Of a DNA stretch of 64,000 nt, positions 17,344 to 26,579 are shown piece after piece. The translations under genes were made by a program, and so were the position numbers. Origin of the DNA: a virus. Lineage: Duplodnaviria > Caudoviricetes. Numbering within the stretch: the stretch's first letter is position 1; each line of letters begins with the position of its first letter. Location of the stretch: positions 2,104-66,103 of the IMG/VR virus record IMGVR_UViG_3300048849_000173; one strand, written 5' to 3'. Below the pieces are notes generated by a model that was not told the origin of the DNA, ran no database searches, and saw nothing but the letters and a program-made list of their open reading frames with translations.

Positions 17344-19452
17344 TTATCGCGGCTTGGGATGCCCGCCGGAGGGCGGGACAGGACGTGACGACCCGGCGCC
17401 CAGCATCGAAAGATACTCGGCGACGGTGAACGAGCCGTAGGAGTCCCCGCTACGACCAAGCCGCTCCAATTCTTTTCGCTTCAAGTTCAACTTGTGCGAG
17501 ATCTGCGCTTCGGTGCTGCTATAGACCGATCGCACAATGAAGCCGGCGCCGCTTCTTTCGACCTCGATCCGGACCAGCGGTACACCTTGGATTGGGTGCT
17601 TTCGGAAGATGGCCACGCGCGCATCTTTGTGGATAAACCAATCGTCCGGCCCGGCCATCACAAACTGAATAGCTGAAAGCAGCGCACCAGTGTCCTCGAA
17701 ATGCTCCGGATGCTTGGCGTGTAAGGTCCAGAGATCGGCACGCAGCATCATCGGCCGCTGAAAACCCAACCACGCGATTGTTTTGCTTGGGACCGGGATG
17801 CTAGTGAGGACGCCCTTTTGCTCCCGACTGGAATCCAACGACGCCCAGTCGATGCTATCGAGCGCCCTTCCATCCTTCGCGTTGGATGGCATTGAGGCGC
17901 CGGCTGCCGAATCGTTACCCTCCTCCTGAGCCTTGGCGTCGACGATGCTCGCGTATAGCGCCGCCTGCGCTGCGTCCAACATCATCGTCTTCTCAAGAAA
18001 CTCGGACATCACTGCCTTCGTGGCGCCCATCTCCTTCAACATTTGCATCGATTGCACCAGCAGTAGCCCGCCGTTCATCGAGTCGGCGCGTGTCCGCTGC
18101 TTTTCTGCCTCCAGCGCAGAAATTGAGCCGAAGAAATTCGTGACCCACGGCCGCTCTTGGGGTTTGAAGACGATCCCATACCGGCGAAGTGTGTGAATAT
18201 CGCTGACGTGGTTGTAAAGGTCTGATAGAGCGACGCGGATGATGCGCGCACGTTCGGCCACGTGCGCGGAAACACGAAAGATGCCGCCCTCCCCCAACCC
18301 ACCTGCCAGTTGATCGGCGAAACCCAGCATCGAAAGATCGACGCCGATTGATCCTGAAAGAAGGCGGGCGTGCAGCATGACATCCTCAATGCTGATCGTC
18401 GCACCGCGGCCGGATTGTCCACCGTTGGCTGGGCCAATAGTGGACAACTGCTTTTCGTTGAACACCGGAATGATGTGGCGGATGCGCTCCATGATTGGGC
18501 GACCGCGCTTCACGGCTTGTTCGGCGTATTTCTTGGATGCGAGCAGCATCCGCTTTACTGACTCTACGAACCGCTCCTGCTGCTCCAGCGTCATCGAATC
18601 GAGATTCACGGTGACCATCTGCTCGTCGATGGAATCCATCCAGCGCTGGCCAACAAGGCCGAGCAGCGAAGCTGATAGGTTGTCGTATGGCTCCTCGGCG
18701 TTGTAAAGCAGTGAACCGCCCACCATCGCCGGCATTATGGGGAGCTTGTCGATATCGTCTTCGGCAATTGCGCTCCGCAATGACTTCTCGACCACGCCGT
18801 GCTGCGGCACCCACACTGTGCGGGGCATCTTCAAGCGCGCAAGCTGAGAGACGTCCAGGCGCTCAAAATTGCGCTCGCCCGTCGAAACCGCAAACCCTAC
18901 AGTTCGGCTGCCGCGTTCGAAAGGTTGCACCAGCTGCGGACGAAGCAAGTCGTCCATGCAAAGGTCGACTACGCCGCGCGACGTCGTGTAAATGCGCGCG
19001 TACGCATCCCCGTAAGCAGCGCCGATATATGCCGCCTGGAAGGCGACACGGTTAAACAAGGGAGCAAGCTCTGCGGAGATCTCATCTACGATCGCACCAA
19101 GCCGCTTGTCTTCCTTCGCTGCAGCGGTCTTTTCAATGAAGACTAGGTCTCCGCTTGTCTCATGCCCCCCAAGGGCGGCCGTAACCAACAACTGCAGCGC
19201 GCTTGAGATGAGGGGGTCGCCCTCCATCCGCATCCACTTCTCGTAGATGGCTTGCCTTGGTCGCGCTCCACGGTTGCCGGACCCCAGCAGGGACGCGACG
19301 GTTGTGCTCCCGGCGCCGTAGAGGAATGAACTCGCTTCGTTGATCTCGCGCGCAGGGTCAACGTGGGCAGTTGCGTACTGCTTGCGGGACAAACCCAGGC
19401 GGGCAAAAAAACCTGCCTTCGATTGGACGGATTGGTTGGGGGTGTCGGGCAT
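17344..19452 (-). CDS. Portal protein (P1 Prt-like) with a ~190-aa C-terminal extension
   Basis: IYEKW..MEGDP.ISSAL.L.VTAALGGHET, FGDAYARIY-like and LAGGLGEGG motifs; likely start MPDTP at 19452. Confidence 0.8.
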   Translation of the reverse strand: MPDTPNQSVQSKAGFFARLGLSRKQYATAHVDPAREINEASSFLYGAGSTTVASLLGSGNRGARPRQAIYEKWMRMEGDPLISSALQLLVTAALGGHETSGDLVFIEKTAAAKEDKRLGAIVDEISAELAPLFNRVAFQAAYIGAAYGDAYARIYTTSRGVVDLCMDDLLRPQLVQPFERGSRTVGFAVSTGERNFERLDVSQLARLKMPRTVWVPQHGVVEKSLRSAIAEDDIDKLPIMPAMVGGSLLYNAEEPYDNLSASLLGLVGQRWMDSIDEQMVTVNLDSMTLEQQERFVESVKRMLLASKKYAEQAVKRGRPIMERIRHIIPVFNEKQLSTIGPANGGQSGRGATISIEDVMLHARLLSGSIGVDLSMLGFADQLAGGLGEGGIFRVSAHVAERARIIRVALSDLYNHVSDIHTLRRYGIVFKPQERPWVTNFFGSISALEAEKQRTRADSMNGGLLLVQSMQMLKEMGATKAVMSEFLEKTMMLDAAQAALYASIVDAKAQEEGNDSAAGASMPSNAKDGRALDSIDWASLDSSREQKGVLTSIPVPSKTIAWLGFQRPMMLRADLWTLHAKHPEHFEDTGALLSAIQFVMAGPDDWFIHKDARVAIFRKHPIQGVPLVRIEVERSGAGFIVRSVYSSTEAQISHKLNLKRKELERLGRSGDSYGSFTVAEYLSMLGAGSSRPVPPSGGHPKPR

Positions 19453-19458
19453 GCGGGA

Positions 19459-19499
19459 AGCGTAGGCGTCCCGCACCTACCGACTGCCAGCGGTTTTCC
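19459..19499 (-). promoter_or_regulatory. Putative late promoter
   Basis: GGAAAA-N29-TACGCT; portal ATG is 7 nt downstream. Confidence 0.7.
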
Positions 19500-19600
19500 G
19501 CTATGAGTCGCTACAACACCCCACGGCGACAACTGCTATGGCCAGGTTCACGCCCTCCAACGCAGCCTCGCTGAGTCGGGCCTCAAGCTTCGTGAATGCC

Positions 19601-22000
19601 CTACGCGCACGAGGCCGCTGCCTGACCGGCATCGCCGAAAATCGCATCCAGCAGCGGACGATTCTGCGCCGCCTTCTCAAAGACCTTGGCCTCGCGAATC
19701 GCCTCGAATAGCAGGTCGAAAGCCGCATTGATCCGCGTGCGCTCGTCACCCTCTGGGTACGGCTTCCACGCGATCCCGAACACAGGATCAACGTGATGTT
19801 TGTTGTCGGCGTACACGCTCAAATAATCGTTGCGGCGCCGGGCACTGGCAAGTTTGTCCTCCAACCAAGACTGGAAGCCACGCGCGGCCATTTCCTCCGG
19901 TCTCGACCAGTATTTGCCGTAGCTTCCATCATCGAGAACAGCCGCCTCTTTGGCGAAGCTGGACACTGCCAGGCCAGTGTTTAGGGTCGCCGAGGTTTCG
20001 CCGGTCTTAGCGTAGAACGCAGCCGCGATCTTGCGCCAGCGCTTGCGATTGTTGAGGCTGCGCGGGTCGCTACGGCCACTGAAGTACTCATCGACGGCCA
20101 GTACCGCCGCCTCGGCACCGCCAGCGTCCCTAATGGCGCGCGCGATGGCGTTGCGTGGCTCGTCGATGTTCGCGTGCGCCACTCGGATGTCCTGTTCAGT
20201 AAACTCAATGCGCTCGGCTAGGCGGTGATCGCCCGCCCCCATTGACTTACGCAGGCCGACCACCGCATCCCGAATTGCGCCGGGTGGCAACAGTTCGGGG
20301 TTGAGCGTCACGAAGTCTCCCTTCGCGCCGGTGGCCTCTTCGTTCACCAACTCATGCAGGATGTTGTCGATGGCGTGGAAGATCTCGTGCCCCAGGCATC
20401 CGCCTCCACCCATCTTGGTCAGATTCACGACACGATGGACGGGCTCGTAATGCGCTCGCGCTGCATTCTTACCGCCTGTGCCCCGGGCACCGAAAGCCAT
20501 GCCTAGGCGACCGCCCAGCCCGAGCGCGGAAACCTCAAGGCCGAGCATGTCAGCCAAGTCGGACATTGCGCCTGCCGTCTGCTCCACATGAAACTTGGCG
20601 CTGTTCGGGTCTTTCAAGACCCAGTTGCCGGACTGCACATCGCGTAGGCCAAGCATGTCCTTCAGGGCTTGCGTCGACTGGATCGACACAGGCGCGCCGC
20701 CCTGGCGTTCAAACTGGTCAGCCACTCGCAGCTGGAAATTGACCTCTTGCTTGGTAGCCTCGCGCGGCCCCGTCGACCGCTCCTTATCGGCCCACGACCA
20801 ATCCTTGATCTTCCCGACTTTGGCATTGGTGACATGCCCCGCGAAAGAATCCGAGCCCCGGAGATTTCGGTAGTGAACGAGCTTTACGAAACGTTCGCCG
20901 AAGGTGAGCCAGGATCGCGTGGTCTGATTCTCGACCAGATTGCGCGCTCTGCATGCCTGCATGAGGGCATCGCGCTGACGACTGATGTCCATGATTTGCT
21001 TGCGCAGCGCATCGATCGTCGGGTTCACATCCGCGCGTATCGCGCCGAACTGTGCCCAGAGTTCATCGGCCTGGACCTTCGCGTCGTTCACCGCGCGATG
21101 ATGATCATCGGTGATGACCCAGCCGCGCCGTTTGCGCTGATCTACGACCCCCTCGGCCGCATAGAAGGAGCGACGCGCCGCCTGAGCCTCCTGGTAAACA
21201 GCATCGCTCGAACTGTCCAGCGACCGAACGCGGATCCCCATTTCCCGCATCTGCTCGGTCAGCAGCTCGTACAGCTCGGACTCGTCGGGGCGCAGGGTTG
21301 TACCGTTCAGCTCATCGCGGATTTCTCCTACGACTTCGAGCACGTCTGTCACGGTCTTGACCGACTGCAGGCGGTCGCGTATCGACTCCAGTCCGATGGC
21401 GTAGTCCCGGCGTGCACCCGGGCTATCCTCCGCGGGTGCCGGCGAGATGCTGGCGTAGATCTTGTCGATCAGAAAGCCTGCGGCCGGCTCCATGCCAGCA
21501 TCGTTCAGCGCCTGCCAATCAGTCTTGCCAAACAAGTTCGCTTTAACAACCATCTCTTTCGCCTGCCGCGGGTTCTGCTCGATGGCAGCGAAGTCGATAT
21601 CGGTGGCGCGCAGGCGCTGGCCGGTTTTGCGCGCACTGAAGATCAGGCTTGCCGCCTTTTCCTTTCGGCTGTCGGCGATGTATCCCGTATCGCGGTACCG
21701 GTAGTTCGGGCTGTTGGGGTCATCCGACAAATCATCTTCGGTTGCCTGCTCGTCCTGCTCACCGGGCGCGCTCTCGGGATCCACGGGCGCAGTCGTGTCA
21801 ACGGCGCCCAGCTCGATTCGAAGCTGGTTCGCTCGTGCTACTAGATTCAGCCGCTCGAGAGCCGCAGCCGGGTCGGCGCCAGCCGACTGCAGATTCACCT
21901 TTATCCGCGCCAGCTCACCGATAAGTTTGAGACGAGCCAACGCCCCAATCGCACCCACGGCGGGATCGGAAGCCACACGCTCGGCGTTCATAGAATTCAT
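19601..22000 (-). CDS. Large polyvalent protein with zincin HExxH motif and C-terminal LPD1 domain
   Basis: GHEIFHAIDN; YWSRPEEMAARGFQSW.EDKL...NDYL...YPEGDERTRINAAFD.LF; AAGGAG RBS before ATG 22000. Confidence 0.75.
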   Translation of the reverse strand: MNSMNAERVASDPAVGAIGALARLKLIGELARIKVNLQSAGADPAAALERLNLVARANQLRIELGAVDTTAPVDPESAPGEQDEQATEDDLSDDPNSPNYRYRDTGYIADSRKEKAASLIFSARKTGQRLRATDIDFAAIEQNPRQAKEMVVKANLFGKTDWQALNDAGMEPAAGFLIDKIYASISPAPAEDSPGARRDYAIGLESIRDRLQSVKTVTDVLEVVGEIRDELNGTTLRPDESELYELLTEQMREMGIRVRSLDSSSDAVYQEAQAARRSFYAAEGVVDQRKRRGWVITDDHHRAVNDAKVQADELWAQFGAIRADVNPTIDALRKQIMDISRQRDALMQACRARNLVENQTTRSWLTFGERFVKLVHYRNLRGSDSFAGHVTNAKVGKIKDWSWADKERSTGPREATKQEVNFQLRVADQFERQGGAPVSIQSTQALKDMLGLRDVQSGNWVLKDPNSAKFHVEQTAGAMSDLADMLGLEVSALGLGGRLGMAFGARGTGGKNAARAHYEPVHRVVNLTKMGGGGCLGHEIFHAIDNILHELVNEEATGAKGDFVTLNPELLPPGAIRDAVVGLRKSMGAGDHRLAERIEFTEQDIRVAHANIDEPRNAIARAIRDAGGAEAAVLAVDEYFSGRSDPRSLNNRKRWRKIAAAFYAKTGETSATLNTGLAVSSFAKEAAVLDDGSYGKYWSRPEEMAARGFQSWLEDKLASARRRNDYLSVYADNKHHVDPVFGIAWKPYPEGDERTRINAAFDLLFEAIREAKVFEKAAQNRPLLDAIFGDAGQAAASCA

Positions 22001-22011
22001 CGCGGTCTCCT

Positions 22012-24771
22012 TCACGCCAGCGCCGACGTAGCGGCGAGCATCGCACTTTGATAGGCGGCAACGGCTTGCTCGAACAGCAATACCAGTTCGGTGTCGCCCT
22101 GGTTGCGCTCGTAGGCCGCTGCCAGTGAGTCGGCCAGGTCCGGCGCCAGAATATCTGGCACCGTGCCTTCAATAACGGATTGGAACAGCGCGCGGTCATC
22201 GTCACCCCGCTGCGTAGCCAAGGACGCGTCCGACGGCTCCATGATTTTGTCGACCTTACGGCGGGCGGCTTCGGTGTTGACCAGAGCAACGGCCGACGCA
22301 GCATCGGGAGCTACACCCAATCCGGTTGCCGCACCAGTAATGCCGCCTCCAAAACGCACAGTCATGCGAACGATGAAACCAGAGTCCGTCTCGCGAACGT
22401 TGAACTGGAGCTTCTGATCCCCCACCTCGACAACGCGCACGTAGTCGTTGTCCTGAACTCGGCGGAAACCGGCTGCGAGTAGCTCTGGCACTGCGGCTGA
22501 GATGTCGGGCGCCGCAACCGTTTGGACTGCGGACTGCGGCACCAGCGTGGTTTGCGCTTCCAGGCCCGGCAAAATGGCCTCCACCAGCGGCTCGCCAAGC
22601 TGAGCTTCGACCTGCGCACGCAACTCGTCGGACAGAATTGCGTCCACGCCGTCCGCCGGGAACATGAAGTACGGCAGGCCACCCCGGACGTTGAGCCGCG
22701 CCAGCTTGTGCGCCTGCACTGCCGCCAGAGCCGCGGCCACCAGTTCGGCGCTTTCATCATCCGCCCCAGCGGTGGCCGCTGGCGCGTCCTCCAGATCTGT
22801 CAGACGGCGGCCGGTATTTTTGTCTACCACCTCCAATATGACGATGTTGAAATCCCCTGGCGTTTCTTCTAGAATCGAATCCAGGGTGGCCCGCGAGCCA
22901 TCCAGAAAGGCATCCGATCCTGGCTCGTTACCGGGGCTAACGGGTGCCTTTCTTTTTTCCCAAGCCTCTTGCAGGCTGTGCCCTAGGCCGTAAGCGGTGT
23001 ATTCGTACAATCCCTTTTCGCGCTCCCCGACGTTGACGCCAGCGGTCACGATTACCTCACCCACTTCAATCGTCTTGGCGAAGAAGTGGAAGGCGACAAA
23101 GCTGTCGCTTCGCTGTTTGTAAAGCGCGCTCTTACCCAAGTAGATGCCGTGGGCAAGGATGTCTGGGATATGCGGGGTTAGTCGGGCCTTGAGGTCATCT
23201 GACTTCATGCCGCGTTTCATTTCCTTCCAGCCAGAGCCGGTCAGGAAGACATCGCCGATCACTGTCCGAACGGACCCAACGCGCTCTTTAAGTTCGAACT
23301 TGAAGTAAGCATTCGCCGCCTGGTAAGGATCGCCGCCGGCCTCGGCGAGATAGTCCTCGAACGTTCGTGTTCTTGCACCAGTGGAGATCGGGTCGTCGCT
23401 GCTGGGGGCAGGCTCTGGCGCTGGGGCCTCGGTCGGCACCGTGCGGGCTCCTGCGGCGACTGGGACGCTCCCGTGCTCGGCATCTGATCCGGCATCCTCG
23501 TTAGCCGGAGGTCCACTGGGTACAGCGACCACTTCAGCAGGAACGGCCGCGACGGCTTGTGCCGCATCTTCCGCATCCACTTTTGCTACTTCAAGCTCGT
23601 GCCGGGCTGCGGTGAGCTCCGCCTCAAGGTCGACGATTTCGGCTTTTAAGGCTTGGATTGCGCTCATGCGCTCGGCGCGCTTAGCGTTTATGCGCTGGAA
23701 CGCCGGGCTGTTCTTTTCGGCCAAGCGCATGATGCGGCGCGCGACCTCGCGCACGTTGAGGTCGGCCCCGCGCTCCGGCGCCACAACGATGGTGATGTCT
23801 TTCTTGTTGAGCAGCCACTTCCACGAGATCACCTCGTCAGTCGGCGCCATCTTGCCGGGCGTGACGTCCGGATTGTGGAAGAAGATGGAGATGGTCTGGC
23901 CATCGGACAACTCAAAAATTGCCGCCACATTGGCCACACCTCGCTGCCTGAAGGGCTCGGTGATCTGCATGGCCAGCGGCTTTACCGTCTCCCCCGTGCG
24001 CTCCAGGACGCCGCGCAGCAGCTCCATGCTCCGCTCCAGCTTCGCGTAGGGCGACACCAGGGCGTCGAAGGTCAGCGCACCCTCGGCGTCCTCGGCGATA
24101 TCTTCGCTGCTCACCGCGTCCATCAACAGGCCTTCGCCTGCGTCGGAGTAGCGCAGCTCGTAAAGCACATGGTCGAGGGTGCTCTCGCTCGGAAGCGCGT
24201 TGGCATCCCAGCGTACGGTTCGGGTCATGTTTTCGAGGCCTTCAGTGGGGAGGTCGGCGGCACGCAGGGGAAGACGCGTGTCTCCTCGCTTTAGCCAGTG
24301 CTTGAGTTGAGCGATCGACGCCGGCACGATGCTGCCAAGCCCTTGCCAGTTACGTTCATAGCTGTCGAGGTACGCACGGCGAGCCGAATCCTCATCGGGG
24401 AAGCCGAGCATCACCTTGTGCTCGTCGAAGCGGCCAGCGATGTTCTGGTTGATGACAAAAACAAGCTCGCTGTCAGGGTAGAAGCCGACGAAAACGTCAA
24501 CGGCGTCACCGTCATTGCCCTTCGTGCCGCTGATGTAGCCGTAGTGCGCGGCCATCCGGCTCGACCAGCGCTTACCGGTTGCCGTGTTGGTGCCTGTGCG
24601 ATAACTGCCGCGAGGCTGCTCGATGGCAATGGGGAGGCCGTGAAGCTGGGTGCGCCCCACCTTGTAGTTGCCGGCAATGCACTGGGCCTCTGTAGGCTCC
24701 GGGATGCTGTTGGTGCCAAAGGCGCCAGACTGCGCAGCACTTTCTATTCGAAGAAACGTCGATTCGCTCAT
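22012..24771 (-). CDS. darA: DarA-like head protein: InPase-like domain + DarA-N + LPD3-like insert + DarA-C
   Basis: GNYK.G...GL.IAIEQPRGS...HYGYI.GT.G.DGD..DVF; FELSDGQTISIFFHNPD..P.KMAP.DE.ISWKWLLNKKDITIVVAPE; C-terminal DRALFQSVI.GTVPDILAPDLAD. Confidence 0.8.
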   Translation of the reverse strand: MSESTFLRIESAAQSGAFGTNSIPEPTEAQCIAGNYKVGRTQLHGLPIAIEQPRGSYRTGTNTATGKRWSSRMAAHYGYISGTKGNDGDAVDVFVGFYPDSELVFVINQNIAGRFDEHKVMLGFPDEDSARRAYLDSYERNWQGLGSIVPASIAQLKHWLKRGDTRLPLRAADLPTEGLENMTRTVRWDANALPSESTLDHVLYELRYSDAGEGLLMDAVSSEDIAEDAEGALTFDALVSPYAKLERSMELLRGVLERTGETVKPLAMQITEPFRQRGVANVAAIFELSDGQTISIFFHNPDVTPGKMAPTDEVISWKWLLNKKDITIVVAPERGADLNVREVARRIMRLAEKNSPAFQRINAKRAERMSAIQALKAEIVDLEAELTAARHELEVAKVDAEDAAQAVAAVPAEVVAVPSGPPANEDAGSDAEHGSVPVAAGARTVPTEAPAPEPAPSSDDPISTGARTRTFEDYLAEAGGDPYQAANAYFKFELKERVGSVRTVIGDVFLTGSGWKEMKRGMKSDDLKARLTPHIPDILAHGIYLGKSALYKQRSDSFVAFHFFAKTIEVGEVIVTAGVNVGEREKGLYEYTAYGLGHSLQEAWEKRKAPVSPGNEPGSDAFLDGSRATLDSILEETPGDFNIVILEVVDKNTGRRLTDLEDAPAATAGADDESAELVAAALAAVQAHKLARLNVRGGLPYFMFPADGVDAILSDELRAQVEAQLGEPLVEAILPGLEAQTTLVPQSAVQTVAAPDISAAVPELLAAGFRRVQDNDYVRVVEVGDQKLQFNVRETDSGFIVRMTVRFGGGITGAATGLGVAPDAASAVALVNTEAARRKVDKIMEPSDASLATQRGDDDRALFQSVIEGTVPDILAPDLADSLAAAYERNQGDTELVLLFEQAVAAYQSAMLAATSALA

Positions 24772-24778
24772 GCAGGGC

Positions 24779-24819
24779 ATCCTATGGCCCGATGCGGGAA
24801 ACAGACGTCCGCGTTTTCC
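24779..24819 (-). promoter_or_regulatory. Putative late promoter
   Basis: GGAAAA-N29-TAGGAT; ATG 24771 is 8 nt downstream. Confidence 0.7.
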
Positions 24820-24821
24820 GC

Positions 24822-25316
24822 TTAGGCTTCGGCGGGAACTTTCGGAGCCTTCACCGCAGCCACCTGTTCGCGCACATCGGCGATCGCCGCCCGCAGTGCG
24901 TCGCGCTTTTCAGCGAGTGCCTTTTCCATCTTCGGTGCTGCAGTGCGTATCCCTGCGGGCGTCCGCACTTGAGCCGCAGCAAGTTTCTTTTGGAAGCGGG
25001 AGCGGCCGGCGTCCATGGCTTGCACAATCTCTGCGATGGCGCTGACGTGGTCATCCTGGTTCTTGATTGGTTGCGGTGTTCCGTTCAGCAGCACCTGGAA
25101 GATATCGCCAGACTGCTTGATGCGGAGCGTCACCTGCTGGGAGTCGGCGAAGGTAAAGGCCATCTCGCGGTAGGTGATCCCCGACGTCCGACGCACGCCG
25201 GTCAGCACGTCCTGCTGGACGACATTGGCGCCAGCACGCGAAAAGTATCGTGCTGCTTGTCGAGCGGCCTTGTCTTTGACCGAAAGGTCTTCGAAGGTGA
25301 ACAAAAGACTTTTCAT
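24822..25316 (-). CDS. Hdf-like DarA paralogue
   Basis: FTFADSQQVTLRIKQSGDIFQVLLNG resembles DarA-N-related small P1 head proteins; immediately upstream of darA. Confidence 0.6.
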   Translation of the reverse strand: MKSLLFTFEDLSVKDKAARQAARYFSRAGANVVQQDVLTGVRRTSGITYREMAFTFADSQQVTLRIKQSGDIFQVLLNGTPQPIKNQDDHVSAIAEIVQAMDAGRSRFQKKLAAAQVRTPAGIRTAAPKMEKALAEKRDALRAAIADVREQVAAVKAPKVPAEA

Positions 25317-25345
25317 GACGCGTTCCAATCAATGCATAGGCGAGC

Positions 25346-25387
25346 ATTGTTAGACGGACAGCGCTTGCACCTGGCCAGTCGTTTTCC
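25346..25387 (-). promoter_or_regulatory. Putative late promoter
   Basis: GGAAAA-N30-AACAAT upstream of the hdf-like gene. Confidence 0.6.
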
Positions 25388-25392
25388 GTGCC

Positions 25393-25680
25393 CTACCCGC
25401 CCGCGAACACGTTGCGGGAACCGCTCGCGACAGCGCTCCCGCACGCAACCGGATCACCGATTCGGCCCAGCGGCCGCCCGTTCACGAATACGGTGCTTGA
25501 ACCAGCGCCGAGTACAGAGTCATGGCATTTGGATTTGCAGCAATGCGACTGCCAGTGATCGCCTTTGCGGTGCGCGGGGCGGCCGTTCACGAAAACGTTG
25601 TCCGAGCCCTGATCGCTCGCGCGCGCGGGAAAGCACCCGTGGCCCGTGCAGGTGTCTCCAAGCCTAGCGACGGCGGGCAT
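25393..25680 (-). CDS. PAAR-motif spike tip protein
   Basis: PAVARLGD..GH, VFVNGRPAHRKGD, VFVNGRPLGRIGD.VACG. Confidence 0.92.
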   Translation of the reverse strand: MPAVARLGDTCTGHGCFPARASDQGSDNVFVNGRPAHRKGDHWQSHCCKSKCHDSVLGAGSSTVFVNGRPLGRIGDPVACGSAVASGSRNVFAGG

Positions 25681-26158
25681 TTACGGCTGCCTTCAAAGCG
25701 TCTCGACCGATATCCAAGTTCGTCCACACCCGCAAGACAAAATCAGAGGTGAAGGTGACTGCGGCGCCGCTGACCGCATCGGCGCAGTGCGCCACGACGC
25801 GCAATGTCCAATCCTTACTGCTCGACGGATTGGGCACAAACCGCACCACCTGCTCTGCCTCCTTCGGAAGGTCGTCAAATCGGACGCAGTGGCCCGATAT
25901 GCCGGCGGCGACGTATTCGATGTCCGGGTGGGGGAACGCTTGGGTGAAAGCTCTGGGCGCTGCCACGCTGACGCCGGACGCACCGGCCTGCACGACTATG
26001 TCGATACCGTCGGCACCTATCACCTCGCAGGTGTAGCCAAGGACGGTCAGCACGCCCTCAGCATCGCTGGCCGATATCGTTTCACCGCTCCACACCTCAT
26101 CCGCCTGGACGTCGTGCCATGGCACCGATGCGGGATCAGGAGTCCATACTAGTGCCAT
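25664..26158 (-). CDS. Phage structural hypothetical protein
   Basis: Coupled ORF between the spike and PAAR genes. Confidence 0.6.
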   Translation of the reverse strand: MALVWTPDPASVPWHDVQADEVWSGETISASDAEGVLTVLGYTCEVIGADGIDIVVQAGASGVSVAAPRAFTQAFPHPDIEYVAAGISGHCVRFDDLPKEAEQVVRFVPNPSSSKDWTLRVVAHCADAVSGAAVTFTSDFVLRVWTNLDIGRDALKAAVNARRR

Positions 26159-26159
26159 G

Positions 26160-26579
26160 TCAGTTGAAGTCGATACGTGGGCCGCGAAGGCTGATGCCCT
26201 CGGCAGTCAGCACAATCTCAGACGGGCCCACGGCAATGCGAACGGTCCCATCGCCGAGAATCTCGACGTTGGGATGGTGCCAGCGGCGCCACCCGACCGA
26301 ATTGCCGGCCTGAGGGTTCCGATAGCCGGTGATTACTGGATAACGCGGATCGCCACCAATAAACGAGATCCATACAGGGTCGTCGGCCAGCATTTCTATT
26401 TCGGTTGGGTGAACGCCCTCGCGGGACTTGTCGCCGATTGGATATTCAATTTCGGCCTCCGGCAGTACGTCCGCACCATCTGTCAGGCCCGGGACCTCAA
26501 CGCGGCACGTGCGTCTGTCTTTGTCGTAGCTGCGAACGATGGCCGGGTAACGGCCGGCCATGAAACCGTAATCCATCAT
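26160..26579 (-). CDS. Baseplate spike (gpV/gp5 OB-fold)
   Basis: YPAIVRSYD..RR.CRVEVPG...VWISFIGGDPRYPVITG. Confidence 0.8.
   Translation of the reverse strand: MMDYGFMAGRYPAIVRSYDKDRRTCRVEVPGLTDGADVLPEAEIEYPIGDKSREGVHPTEIEMLADDPVWISFIGGDPRYPVITGYRNPQAGNSVGWRRWHHPNVEILGDGTVRIAVGPSEIVLTAEGISLRGPRIDFN

Noticed and set aside
20669-21844. Long antisense ORFs in the track (also 24792..25667, 26654..27544, 41521..42462, 49715..50243 extension)
   Set aside because: Shadow frames of GC-rich real genes; no motifs and no RBS support.
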